Of a DNA stretch of 64,000 nucleotides, positions 29,523-39,601 are shown piece after piece. Below the pieces are notes generated by a model that saw only the letters and a list, made by a program, of their open reading frames with translations, was not told the origin of the DNA and did not search any database. Origin of the DNA: an uncultured Deinococcaceae bacterium (GTDB lineage: Bacteria > Deinococcota > Deinococci > Deinococcales > Deinococcaceae); assembly GCA_964252075.1 (NCBI GenBank), contig CAXULY010000011.1:63548-127547 (forward strand), in the 5' to 3' direction. Position 1 is the stretch's first letter, and each line of letters begins with the position of its first letter. The position numbers and the translations under genes were made by a program.

Positions 29523-30443
29523 ATGACCCTGTACGCCCTGCGCAAACTGCTGGCCCTGCCGCTCATCCTCCTGGCGGTGTCCTTCCTGATTTTCGGCGCG
29601 GTGCGGCTGCTGCCCGGCGACCCGGCGCGCGTGATGGCCGGACCGCAGGCCACCCAGGACGCCGTGGATGACATGCGCGTGCGCCTCGGGCTCACCCGGC
29701 CGTTCCTCGTGCAGTACCAGACCTTCCTCGCGGGCGCGGTGCGCGGCGACCTCGGGGAGTCCATTCACTCCAAACTGCCCGTCACGCAGGACATCGCGGA
29801 GCGCTTCCCGTACACCGTGCGCCTCGCCATCACCAGTTACCTCTTCGCGAGCGTGGTGGGCCTCACCTTCGGCGTGCTCGCCGCCGTGAACCGCGGCCGC
29901 TGGCTGGACCAGCTGGTGATGCTGCTGGCCATCCTGAGCGCGTCGGTCGCGAACTTCTGGCTGGCGCTGATGGCCATGACGCTGTTCTCCGTGCGGCTCG
30001 GCTGGGTGCCGCTGCTCGGCGCGGACTCCTGGAAGAGTTACATCCTGCCGAGCCTCACGCTGGGCGTGCTGCCCGCCGCGCTGATCGCCCGCATGACGCG
30101 CTCCAGCATGCTGGAGATCCTGGGGCAGGACTACATCCGCACGGCGCGCGCCAAGGGCGTCCGCCCGCTGCGGGTGTACGCGCGGCACGCGCTGCGCAAC
30201 GCCCTGATTCCCATCGTCACCATCATCGGCCTGAGTTTCGGCGGCCTGCTGGGCGGCGCGGTCATCACCGAGACGGTCTTCAACTGGCCGGGCATCGGGC
30301 GCCTGCTGGTGGACGCCGTGCGCTTCCGCGACTACGCGGTCATTCAGGGCGTCACCCTGCTCACCGTGACCGCCGTCGTGCTGGTCAACCTGCTGGTGGA
30401 CCTGCTGATGGCCGTCATCAACCCCCGCATCCGCTTCGACTGA
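29523..30443 (+). CDS. DppB-like ABC permease
   Basis: LPGDPA, DYIRTARAKG, HALRNAL, NPRIR. Confidence 0.93.
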   Translation: MTLYALRKLLALPLILLAVSFLIFGAVRLLPGDPARVMAGPQATQDAVDDMRVRLGLTRPFLVQYQTFLAGAVRGDLGESIHSKLPVTQDIAERFPYTVRLAITSYLFASVVGLTFGVLAAVNRGRWLDQLVMLLAILSASVANFWLALMAMTLFSVRLGWVPLLGADSWKSYILPSLTLGVLPAALIARMTRSSMLEILGQDYIRTARAKGVRPLRVYARHALRNALIPIVTIIGLSFGGLLGGAVITETVFNWPGIGRLLVDAVRFRDYAVIQGVTLLTVTAVVLVNLLVDLLMAVINPRIRFD

Positions 30444-30483
30444 GCGGCCGCAACGCCGCGTTCCCCGCGCCCAAGGAGTTGCC

Positions 30484-31341
30484 GTGACCACCGCTGGCCC
30501 CCTCCCCCACACCCCCCCGCGCGCCCGGCGGCTCAAGGAACGCAACCTGCTGCTCGGCGCGCTCCTGACGGCGCTGGTGATCGTGGCGGGACTCCTCGCG
30601 CCGCTGCTGGCGCGCCACGACCCCTACGCCCAGGACCTGCTGCAGTCCCTGCAGGGGCCCAGCGCGGCGCACCCCTTTGGCACCGACGAGTTCGGTCGGG
30701 ACCTCTTCGCCCGCATCCTGTACGGCGCGCGGCTGTCCCTGATGGAGATCACGCTGAGCGTCGGCCTGGCGCTCGGCATCGGCCTGCCGCTGGGCCTCAT
30801 GGCCGGGTACTTCGGCGGGTGGCTCGACCAGTTCGTCACGTGGGCCGCCGACATCCTGTACGCCTTCCCCGGCATCGTGCTGGCCATCCTGATCGTCAGC
30901 ATCCTCGGCAGCGGCCTGATCAACATGCTGGTCGCCATCTCGATCTTCGCGGTGCCCGTGTACATCCGGCTGGCGCGCAGCCTCACCCTCAGCCTGCGGG
31001 TGCAGGACTACACCGAGGCCGCCCGCGCCCTCGGCGCGAGCGCCCCGCGCGTGATGGTGCGGCACATCCTGCGCAACGCGCTGTCCCCCATCTTCGTGCA
31101 GGTGACGCTCACGGCCGGCGAGGTCGTGCTGGCCGCCGCCGGCCTCAGCTTCCTGGGCCTGGGCGCGCAGCCACCCTCGGCGGAGTGGGGCGCCATGATG
31201 AGCGGCGCGCGCAATTACCTGGGCGTCGCCGATTACCTCTCGGTCTTCCCGGGCCTCGCGATCCTGACGCTGGTGCTCGGCCTGAACCTGCTGGGCGACG
31301 GCCTGCGCGACCGGCTCGACCCCAGGCTGCGGGGCCTGTGA
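30484..31341 (+). CDS. DppC-like ABC permease
   Basis: HPFGTDEFGRD, EAARALGA, LSFLGLG, GDGLRD. Confidence 0.93.
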   Translation: MTTAGPLPHTPPRARRLKERNLLLGALLTALVIVAGLLAPLLARHDPYAQDLLQSLQGPSAAHPFGTDEFGRDLFARILYGARLSLMEITLSVGLALGIGLPLGLMAGYFGGWLDQFVTWAADILYAFPGIVLAILIVSILGSGLINMLVAISIFAVPVYIRLARSLTLSLRVQDYTEAARALGASAPRVMVRHILRNALSPIFVQVTLTAGEVVLAAAGLSFLGLGAQPPSAEWGAMMSGARNYLGVADYLSVFPGLAILTLVLGLNLLGDGLRDRLDPRLRGL

Positions 31342-31392
31342 TGCGCCCCGCGAACCCCCGCCCAACCCCGCACGTCCGACGGCAGGCCGCAC

Positions 31393-32259
31393 TTGCCCGC
31401 TGACGTCAGCTGGGGCGTGGACCTGGGCGGCACCAAACTCGCCATCGGGAACGGCGCCGCCCACCACGAGGAACCCACCGGCGCGTCCGCGCAGGACATC
31501 GTGGAGCAGATCGTGCGCGGCACACCCGCCGGGGCGCGCATCGGGCTGTGCGTGGCGGGCCGCGTGGACACCCGCAGCGGCACCACCCTGGCGGCCCAGC
31601 TGCCGCAACTCACGGACTTCCCGCTGGTCGCCGCCCTGCAGGCGCGCGACCGCACCTCCTTCCTGATGAACGACGCCGACGCGGGCGCGCTCGCGGAGTT
31701 CCACCTCGGCGCGGGCCGCGGCGCGCGCACGCTGCTGTACGTGACGGTCGGCACGGGCATCGGCGGCGGGCTGGTGCACGCGGGCCAGCTGTACCAGGGC
31801 GCGGGCGGGCAGGCGCTAGAAGTCGGTCACGCGGGCGGCGGCGAGCCGGGGCTGCCCTGCCCGTGCGGTCGGACCGGCTGCATCGACACCGTCGCCTCGG
31901 GGCGCGCCATTCATCACGACGCGCGCGCCGCAGCGCAGCGCCCCGAATGGCCCGACAGCGACATCGCCCGCGCCGCCCGCGCGGGCGACCCCACCGTCCG
32001 CGCGATCATCGAGGTCGCGGCGCGGCGCACCGCGCAGGCCGTCGCGGGCTTCTGCGTGCTGTTCAACCCGGACGTGCTGGTGCTGGGCGGCGGCATCGTG
32101 GAGGCGCACGACGACCTGTACGTCGAGCCCTTCCAGCAGGGCCTCGCGGCGCACATGGGCGGCTGGTCCCGCCCGGAGGTCCGCCGGGCCGGTTGCGACC
32201 GCCGTGCGGGCGTGCTGGGCGCCATGCTGCACGCCCGCACGCACGCGAACACCCTCTGA
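31393..32259 (+). CDS. ROK family sugar kinase
   Basis: GVDLGGTK, NDADAGALAE, GTGIGGG, EVGH, CPCGRTGC; TTG start uncertain. Confidence 0.85.
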   Translation: MPADVSWGVDLGGTKLAIGNGAAHHEEPTGASAQDIVEQIVRGTPAGARIGLCVAGRVDTRSGTTLAAQLPQLTDFPLVAALQARDRTSFLMNDADAGALAEFHLGAGRGARTLLYVTVGTGIGGGLVHAGQLYQGAGGQALEVGHAGGGEPGLPCPCGRTGCIDTVASGRAIHHDARAAAQRPEWPDSDIARAARAGDPTVRAIIEVAARRTAQAVAGFCVLFNPDVLVLGGGIVEAHDDLYVEPFQQGLAAHMGGWSRPEVRRAGCDRRAGVLGAMLHARTHANTL

Positions 32260-32526
32260 CCGCCAGCGCCACCATCAGGCGCTGCGGGTCCGAAGCAGCA
32301 GAGGTCACCGCAGGGGTTAGAGGGGTCGCGGCGATCAGCGTGCCCAGGATCGGCACGAGGTTCTGGGGGCCGGTCACGCGCCCGCACTTGAAGAACCGAG
32401 GCGCATTCAGGCACGTCGCACCTCTCGGTGCGGCGTCGTGACCGGCCGCGCTCTGTGAACCCTGTGCGCGCCCGATTCCCCTTTCCCCTCACTTGGCGCG
32501 CCCGGGTCAGTTGATAGGCTCAGCGG

Positions 32527-33891
32527 GTGACCACCGACGCGCCCCCCGAATCACTCCCGCAGGACCACCCGGGACCCGGCGCGCCGAGCGGACGCACCAG
32601 CGAACTGCTGCGCCTCGCCTGGCCCCTGATGCTCTCGAACCTCGCCTACACCGCCGTGGGCTTCACCGACACGCTGTACATGGGCCGCCTGGGCGTCACC
32701 GAGGTGGGCGCGGTGGGCCTCGCCTCACTGTGCGTGTTCGCCCTCACGCTGCTGTTCCGCAGCAGCCTCAACACCGCCGCGACCTTCGTCGCGCGCGCGT
32801 TCGGGGCGGGTGACCGCGTCGGCATTCGCCGCTGGGCCGGCGTCTTCCTGACGCTGTCGCTGGTCGGCGTCCCCCTGGGCCTCGCGGGGCCCTGGCTGGC
32901 GGACGCGGCCCTGGCCCTGCTCGGCCCCGCCCCGGACATCGCGCGGGTCGCGCGGACGTACGCGCGCATCCGCACGCTGGAAACCCCGCTGATGCTGCTC
33001 GGGGCGGCCAGCCTCGCGATCATGCTGGGCCTGGGCAACACGCGCACGCCGATGGTCCTCTCCTGGATGGTGATGGTCGTGAACGCCGCCCTCGCCGCGC
33101 TGTTCGTGTTCGGCTTCGGGTGGGGCGTCGCGGGCGCCGCGTGGGCCGGGGTGCTCGCCGTCGGGCTTCAGGGCGTGCTGGCCTTCGTGCTGCTGCTGCG
33201 ACACAACCGGCCCGTGTACGGCCGCCTCTGGTTCGCCCGCCCGAGCGGAACGGAACTCCGCTCGGTGGCGCGCGTGTCGCTGCCCGCCGGGTTCACCGAC
33301 CTGGCGGACGTCGCGGCCTTCACGACGTTCCTCGGGTTGATTTCCAGGCTGGGGCCCACCGCCCTGGCCGCCTCGCAGATCGCCAACCAGTTCGCCAGCT
33401 TCGGGTTTCTGCCCGCTTTCGCGCTGTCAGCGAGCACCTCCAGCCTGCTCTCCCGCGCGCTCGGCGCGGGGCGAACGGACCTCGCCGTGCGGATTGGCTG
33501 GCGTGGGGCGGCGGTCGCGGCGGGCTTCATGGGCCTGCTGGCGCTGGCCTTCCTGCTGTTCCCGCGCGCCCTCATCGGGCTGTTCAACCGCGACCCGGAC
33601 GTGCTGCGGCTGGGCGCGAGCGTGCTGAAGGTCATGGCCGCCTACCAGGTGCTGGACGGCGTGAACATCGTGCTGGGCGGCGCGCTCAACGGCGCGGGCG
33701 ACACGCGCTTTAGGCTGCTGGTCACCCTGCCCGGCGCGTGGCTGATCATGGTTGGGGGGGCGGCCCTCCTGATTCCACACGCCGGGGTCGCTGGGGCGTG
33801 GAGTGCGGCCCTGGTGTACCTGTTGCTGCTGGCTGGCCTGTACGCCTGGAGGTTCTGGTCGGGACGGTGGAAGTACAAGACCCTGGCGTGA
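32527..33891 (+). CDS. MATE family efflux transporter
   Basis: LAWPLML, DTLYMGRLG, GNTRTPM, GAGDTRF; TAGGCT-N6-GTG. Confidence 0.93.
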   Translation: MTTDAPPESLPQDHPGPGAPSGRTSELLRLAWPLMLSNLAYTAVGFTDTLYMGRLGVTEVGAVGLASLCVFALTLLFRSSLNTAATFVARAFGAGDRVGIRRWAGVFLTLSLVGVPLGLAGPWLADAALALLGPAPDIARVARTYARIRTLETPLMLLGAASLAIMLGLGNTRTPMVLSWMVMVVNAALAALFVFGFGWGVAGAAWAGVLAVGLQGVLAFVLLLRHNRPVYGRLWFARPSGTELRSVARVSLPAGFTDLADVAAFTTFLGLISRLGPTALAASQIANQFASFGFLPAFALSASTSSLLSRALGAGRTDLAVRIGWRGAAVAAGFMGLLALAFLLFPRALIGLFNRDPDVLRLGASVLKVMAAYQVLDGVNIVLGGALNGAGDTRFRLLVTLPGAWLIMVGGAALLIPHAGVAGAWSAALVYLLLLAGLYAWRFWSGRWKYKTLA

Positions 33892-34005
33892 GGTGCGCCC
33901 TGAACCGGTCAAGGCGAGGTTTTTCGTCGGCGGGGCACCGTTCGGTAATCCTCGCGCGACAACGCCCTCGTAAAGCTCTTTCTTTGGTTCTTCACCGATG
34001 GGACG

Positions 34006-34041
34006 GCCGGGTGGGCACAGCATGGACTGTGCTCACCCGGC
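34006..34041. terminator. 15-bp stem hairpin between convergent MATE and DinB genes
   Basis: gccgggtgggcacag-catgga-ctgtgctcacccggc, one G-U pair on the + strand transcript. Confidence 0.55.
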
Positions 34042-34212
34042 AGCACACCAGATGGCAGGCTGTGTGTGGTGATGCCGGCCTCCACACCAGCGAAATCCAA
34101 TCAGAGCTGGCCCCTCTGCGCCGGGTGCTCGCGTTGAACCTACGGCACCGCGGTCCATGGGCCAGGCCACTCCGGGAGCAGCGGTGGTTGCATCCTGGCC
34201 GGGCGCCTGTGA

Positions 34213-34743
34213 TCACCACACTTCCTGTCGCCAGACGCTCCAGATGGTCTGCTCCTCCACGTCCTCACCCATGACGGAACCCATCGCCTTGAGCGCCAGC
34301 TTGATCTGGCCGACGTGGTAGCCCTCGTGCCACAGCATGTGCTGCAGGAACAGGATCGGGTGGTCGTACGTGACGTGCTCACCCCGTAGCGGCCCTCCGG
34401 ACTCCAGCCGCTGGCGCACCACCGCCGCAATGGCGGCGGCGCTCGCTTCCAGGGCGGGCGCGATGCGCGTGGGGTCCCGTTCGGGCGCCCAGCCCTCCCC
34501 CACCGGGTGAAAGAGGGACGCGACGCCCTCCGCTCGCTGGGGGTCCATGTCCGAGAGGAAGTACCGGCGGGTGTGCTGAATGTGCGCGAACTGCCGCGCG
34601 ACCGCGGGACTGCCCTCCATCGCCGTGGCGTCCAGGCCGCCGTCCGGGAGGGCGCGGAGCACGTTGAGCAGGATGGTGTTGCTGCGGGTCCAGGAGTCCA
34701 GCAGGTCATCAAGGATACGGGAATCAAGTGCGTTCAGCATCAT
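34213..34743 (-). CDS. DinB/YfiT family protein
   Basis: FAHI...HMLWHEGYHVGQI metal-binding histidines; RBS GGAGG. Confidence 0.85.
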   Translation of the reverse strand: MMLNALDSRILDDLLDSWTRSNTILLNVLRALPDGGLDATAMEGSPAVARQFAHIQHTRRYFLSDMDPQRAEGVASLFHPVGEGWAPERDPTRIAPALEASAAAIAAVVRQRLESGGPLRGEHVTYDHPILFLQHMLWHEGYHVGQIKLALKAMGSVMGEDVEEQTIWSVWRQEVW

Positions 34744-35038
34744 GCCTCCATTCGCTGTGGGGAGAATCTGCGGCCAGTTTACGCGCTTGCAAGACCGCGT
34801 CGCGTGAAAGGGAAAGGTGGGCGGGACCAGTGCCGGGTACAGACCATTGGTGGCCAAGCACGCCACGTGGTCGGTCCGACTGGACTCATCCTGGAACATG
34901 CGCGTGGTCCTCGACTTCCTGTAAGGGCGGTCAAGCTGCGTGTCATCCCCGCCGCCCGGTCATGTGGGATGGTCGGGTGAACCCACTGAGCGGCGCCGCA
35001 CTCGCGGTTCTGTGCCCCAGGGCGTTCAGGGAGGCCAG

Positions 35039-35263
35039 ATGACCGGAAGTGACAAGGACCCGAACGCGAGCGGGGACACAGCCCAGAATGAAACGCCCAC
35101 CGACCACACCACCCAGGGAACGCCTGAGGTGAAGTCCGGTGGAGACCTAAACATGGGCGCCACGTCCGCCGATGACGTTCAGACGGACCAGGATGCACTC
35201 GACCCAGATGACGGGAACACCACCACAGGGGACCCCATGACGAGAACCAGCGGTGAGCACTGA
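35039..35263 (+). CDS. Small acidic, hydrophilic hypothetical protein (74 aa)
   Basis: RBS GGGAGG before ATG; D/T/G-rich with no aromatic residues. Confidence 0.6.
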   Translation: MTGSDKDPNASGDTAQNETPTDHTTQGTPEVKSGGDLNMGATSADDVQTDQDALDPDDGNTTTGDPMTRTSGEH

Positions 35264-35424
35264 CGCGTGGGAGGGGCGGTGGTTGACCACCGCTGCCGGG
35301 TCCCGGCGGTCGGGATACCTTCCGCGACGGGGGAATCCCAGCACTGGACGCTGGCGGTAGGTACTTTAAGGCCGTCTTCCGCAGGTTCACCACCTCAGAG
35401 CTGAGCCGCTCGGGTCGGGCATTC

Positions 35425-35690
35425 TGCACGGGATCGGGTCGGTACGTCAGCACCACGACACCGGTGGCGGTCGTCTTCAACTCCGGCCGGTGCAGGGCGG
35501 CGCGGCTTCCCGGTGGGAACAGCGGGGTGCCCTCCCCCACCACGACCGGACAGACGATCAGGTGGAACTCGTCGATCAGGCCGCGCTCCATGAGCGAACG
35601 CACGAGGACGCCACTGCCGTCAATCAAGAGGTGCCCGCCCGGCCCGTGCCGCGCCCACTCGACCTGCCTTGCGCTTCAGTCAAGCGTCCT
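35425..35690 (-). pseudogene. C-terminal remnant of a RibD_C/dihydrofolate reductase family gene
   Basis: TLD*...GHLLIDGSGVLVRSLMERGLIDEFHLIVCPVVVGEGTPLF...GVVVLTYRP; in-frame TGA upstream, no N-terminus, no stop at the expected end. Confidence 0.75.
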
Positions 35691-36085
35691 TCGTCAGCCG
35701 AATGCGCTGTGCTGGAACAACCCGGTCGGGATGGCAGGAGCCTCGATTTCCACTGCCATGCCTGGCCTCGTCGCGAGTTCCGGACCCACTAAGCTCGGCG
35801 TTCTTTGCACATCATGGAACACGGCCCACATGACTTCAACCCGCAGGCTCAAAGCCCGCCAGCACCATCCCGGACTCAGAACGGCACGCTGCCCCAGGAA
35901 ACCACACCCGTCCTCAACGGACCACGGCGCCACATGGCCCAAGCACGATACATCTAGGCGCAGCGCGTTCTCTCTCGCACCCCTCGTGGGCAGGACTTTG
36001 CCAGAATGATGCGCATGACGGCGTTGCCCTTCCACTTCCCCACACGCGCCTCGGAGAGCAGATTCGCCCAGCACGGAGGGACCGC

Positions 36086-37093
36086 GTGACCTGGGGTGAG
36101 ACCCTCGGTCGCCTCCGGGCCGAAACGGTGCGCGCGTCCGCTGCCCTGTGGGGGGCCGGTCCCGCCACCCTTGTAAGCCCCGGTTTCAACCACGTGTACC
36201 GCGCCGAGGACGCCGCCGGGGCACTCTACCTGCGCTTCACGCACGTCAGCCTGCGCAACGCCGTGTATTTGGAACCGCCCCTCCAGTGGCTGCGCTTCCT
36301 GCATGCGCACGGCGCGCCCGTCAACGAACCGCTGCCGTCCTTCAACGGGAACTGGGTTGAGACGGTGGAGCAGCAGGACGACCTCTTTCTTGCCACCGCT
36401 GTCCGGGGGGTGCCTGGACCGCGGCTGAGCGACCTGCCGCCCGAGCCGCCCCTATACCGCGCGTTCGGGCGGTCCATCGGGCAGTTGCACGCGGCGTCCC
36501 GGCGCTTCACGCCCAAGCCCGGCACGCCGCACATGCTGGGGCCGGACCTGCCGGGCGTGTTTCCGACCTGGCGCCTGTTCTGGCATGGCGCTCGGGCGCA
36601 CGCTGTGCAGGAGCCCGTCATCGCCGCGACGTTCGAGGCGCTGACCCCGTGGGTGGACCGGGTGGGCGGCCCCGAGCGGGGATGGCCGGACGGCGTGAGC
36701 GCCCCCCCGGAGGACCTGGGGCTCACGCACGGGGACCTGCGGCCCGGCAACGCCATCTGGGACGGCGAGCGGGTGGTGATCATCGACTTCGACGAGCCGG
36801 TGTTCGGCCCGTGGGCGAATGACCTCGCGCGCGCCGTCCTGGAAGTCCCTCGCGGTCAGCGCGCGGCCCTGTGGAATGAAGTGCTCGCCGGGTACCGCGA
36901 GGTCATGCCGCTCGCGCCCACCTGGGAAGGGGAACTGCCCCGCCTGCTCCAGGCGCGCGCCGCGCTGATGGCGGCCTGGAACATCTCCGGAGGCGCGGAC
37001 CTCACGGACGTGCGCCCAGTGAGTGGCACGCTCGCCCCCGTGAGCCTGTGGCAACTCCGCGAGCACCTGAGCAACGGCGAGTACGACGCTTGA
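36086..37093 (+). CDS. APH/choline kinase-like phosphotransferase
   Basis: NHVYR, IGQLH, HGDLRPGN, IIDFD. Confidence 0.88.
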   Translation: MTWGETLGRLRAETVRASAALWGAGPATLVSPGFNHVYRAEDAAGALYLRFTHVSLRNAVYLEPPLQWLRFLHAHGAPVNEPLPSFNGNWVETVEQQDDLFLATAVRGVPGPRLSDLPPEPPLYRAFGRSIGQLHAASRRFTPKPGTPHMLGPDLPGVFPTWRLFWHGARAHAVQEPVIAATFEALTPWVDRVGGPERGWPDGVSAPPEDLGLTHGDLRPGNAIWDGERVVIIDFDEPVFGPWANDLARAVLEVPRGQRAALWNEVLAGYREVMPLAPTWEGELPRLLQARAALMAAWNISGGADLTDVRPVSGTLAPVSLWQLREHLSNGEYDA

Positions 37094-37430
37094 TGCGTGC
37101 ACGCAGATGACCCTGCGAGACCCATGCCGGGAACTGACGGAGAATACCGAACGCAATCACGCTGGCATGCTCTTCCGCCGTCACGCTTTGGTTCGCGTGC
37201 CACAGGCAAAGTATGTCGTGGAAGGGCGCCGTCACGCACGGTGACCGAGTGAAAACTGCGCGCGCTAAGTCTGCTTTGGAGCTTTGCGCCTCGCGAGCCT
37301 TCCGTATGGGCCTACAGCACAGCAAGACCCCACGCGCCTTGGTATGACCGGCTTGAAGTTCTGGCCGCCCAAAGCGCGCCGCAGGGTCGTGAGAACGCGA
37401 CAGGCCACAGGCGCAGCTGCTAAGATGGGC

Positions 37431-37961
37431 TCAGCGCGGGTCTGGGAAGAACGGGAGGCCACTGTGCGTGAGGCTGGCGAACTCCACCTGCCAGCCCAGC
37501 GTGTCCGTGCGCGCCACGCGGGCGGTGCCCGTGCGCTCCACCGTGTTCTGGCCTTCGCGGTACCGCAGGTGGTATGTCACGGTGCCCGCGTCACCCGCGA
37601 GGTGCGTGGCGGTGGGCGTGAACTCGAAGCCGGGCCGCAACTGGGCGCCGAGCACGGGGATGCCCGTCGCGTAACCCTGCGGCACGCCCGACAGGAAGCG
37701 GGTGGTCCAGGCGATGTCCCCGCACTGCAGGCCCGCGAACACCTGCCGCACGGCGTTCTGCGCCAGTTCCGCCGGTGTGGTGGGAAAGCCCTGGATGATG
37801 CCGAGGCGCGTGAGGCGCCGCACGGCGTCGGCGGCGTAAACGCAGGGCGGTACGTCCAGGAGCTCACGCTCGCTCGCTGCCTGAGGGGGCGCCGTCTGGG
37901 GTGCGGGGAGGGCCAGTGCGGTGGGGACGAGGAGGGCGGCGGTGAGGAGGAAGGCGTTCAT
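37431..37961 (-). CDS. Secreted protein with a single SLH-like motif
   Basis: Signal peptide; LLDVPPCVYAADAVRRLTRLGIIQGFP resembles SLH (DVP...A..AV..L...GII.G.P). Confidence 0.65.
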   Translation of the reverse strand: MNAFLLTAALLVPTALALPAPQTAPPQAASERELLDVPPCVYAADAVRRLTRLGIIQGFPTTPAELAQNAVRQVFAGLQCGDIAWTTRFLSGVPQGYATGIPVLGAQLRPGFEFTPTATHLAGDAGTVTYHLRYREGQNTVERTGTARVARTDTLGWQVEFASLTHSGLPFFPDPR

Positions 37962-38357
37962 GGGGGTTGGCGGGCAGCTTAACACCACCATCCCCACTTC
38001 GCGTGAGGGAAGAAGCGGGCGCTGCTCCTCCCATCGCGGCCAGATATTCAGCGACAACGCGTGGACCGGTCCGACGCAAGATGGCTGTGGCGATGCGTCG
38101 GAGCCCTCGAAGGCGAAATTTACGCCCCGAAGGGTTCAGCTCGCACAGTCCAGGGTCTGGTGGCAAGGGGCCTCCTCCACACAGCGAGCTCAAACCTGCA
38201 CCGGAACTGAACCACATCCGAAATACCCTCGTGATGCGGTAAGGCGTCTGGCGCCGTTGGTCCTGCGGAGCGGCGGGTGGGTGGTCCAACGTTGGATGTG
38301 CCTGGTCTGGCCAGATGACCGATGCACAGACGGGGGGCCACGCAAAATACTGTGGGC

Positions 38358-38786
38358 ATGCAGTTCACCACCGCCTTGCCCGAACTCAGCGAGCTTCTGT
38401 CGCTGTACGCGTCCGTCGGCTGGAACACGTATGCGGACGATCCCGAAGCGCTGGAGCGCGCCGTGCAGCAGAGCCACTTCGTGCTGTGCGCCCGCTCGGA
38501 GGCGGGGGAACTGCTGGGGTTCGTCCGCACGGTCTCCGATGATGTGAGCGTCATGCTCGTGCAGACCCTGGCGGTCCGCCCGGACGCTCAGCGGCGGGGG
38601 ATTGGGCGGGGGCTGATGGAGCGGGTGGCGGCCCGGTACGCGCACGTGACGCAGCACGTTCTGATCACGAAGAATCAGCCGTACCAGCTGGCGTTTTATG
38701 CGTCGCTCGGCTGGCACAACACGCGCGATCTGACGCAGGATGTCACCCACTGCTTCTACCGCAACACGCGCCGCGCGTTGAGCTGA
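38358..38786 (+). CDS. GNAT family N-acetyltransferase
   Basis: LLGFVR, LAVRPDAQRRGIGRGL, AFYASLGW. Confidence 0.9.
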   Translation: MQFTTALPELSELLSLYASVGWNTYADDPEALERAVQQSHFVLCARSEAGELLGFVRTVSDDVSVMLVQTLAVRPDAQRRGIGRGLMERVAARYAHVTQHVLITKNQPYQLAFYASLGWHNTRDLTQDVTHCFYRNTRRALS

Positions 38787-38854
38787 GCCAACAGTTCGGG
38801 CAAAAGGCGCGGGTGGTCGGCGCCTGACCCGGCACGCGCGACGCCACGCCATCA

Positions 38855-39478
38855 TCAGGCGCTGGTGCTGGGCCAAGCGTTCATCGCGGCGTTGACGGTG
38901 GTGAGGAGGTCCTGCCGGGTAGCGCCGTCGCGCGCGAGGGTGGACAGGCCCTGCATCAGGGCGACCGTCAGCGCTGCGAGCGCGTGGGCGTCCGTGGTGC
39001 GCGGCAGCGTGCCGGCGTCCACGTCCTGCTGGATGCGCGCCTGCAGCAGCGCATGGAGGTGGTCCCGCCGTTCCTTCAGGGCGGCCCGGGCGCGGTGCGC
39101 GTCGTGGGAGCCGCTGGTGGCGGCGCTGGCGATCAGGCAGCCGGGCGGCATGTCCGCCTGCGTGAAGCGGCGTGCGGAGCCTTCCAGGAGCCGCTTCGCC
39201 GCGTCGCGCGCGGTTGGGGCCTGCTGGAGCGTCTCGGCGGTGGGCCAGACGGGTGCGGCGTAGTGCGCGACGCATTCGAGGAACAGGTGTTCCTTGTCGC
39301 CGAAGGCGCTGTACAGGCTGGGGGCGGTGATGCCCATGGCGGTGGTGAGGTCGGTGATGCTGGTGGTTTCGTATCCGGTTCGCCAGAACTGCAGCATGGC
39401 GGCGTGCAGGGCCGCGTCTCGATCGAAGGAGAGGGGGCGTCCTGGGCGTCGCTTGGGCGTCTCCGCCGCGTCTTTCAT
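38855..39478 (-). CDS. TetR/AcrR family regulator
   Basis: PGRP-SFDRD, GYETTSITDL...SLYSAFGDKE, PPGCL; start probably 39478 (CATAAT-N7-ATG). Confidence 0.92.
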   Translation of the reverse strand: MKDAAETPKRRPGRPLSFDRDAALHAAMLQFWRTGYETTSITDLTTAMGITAPSLYSAFGDKEHLFLECVAHYAAPVWPTAETLQQAPTARDAAKRLLEGSARRFTQADMPPGCLIASAATSGSHDAHRARAALKERRDHLHALLQARIQQDVDAGTLPRTTDAHALAALTVALMQGLSTLARDGATRQDLLTTVNAAMNAWPSTSA

Positions 39479-39548
39479 AGCGGACATTATGAAACCCCTT
39501 GACGCGGCTGGCAACAGCAGGCATGATTCCATAGTGAGCGCTATGAAA
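39473..39548. promoter_or_regulatory. Two 22-bp TetR operators flanking a TTGACG-N17-CATGAT promoter
   Basis: TTTCATAGCGGACATTATGAAA (39473-39494) and TTCCATAGTGAGCGCTATGAAA (39527-39548). Confidence 0.75.
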
Positions 39549-39601
39549 CTTGCTCAGGGTTGGTCGCCCACCACACCGGGACGGCCACCACAGGAGGCAC
39601 C

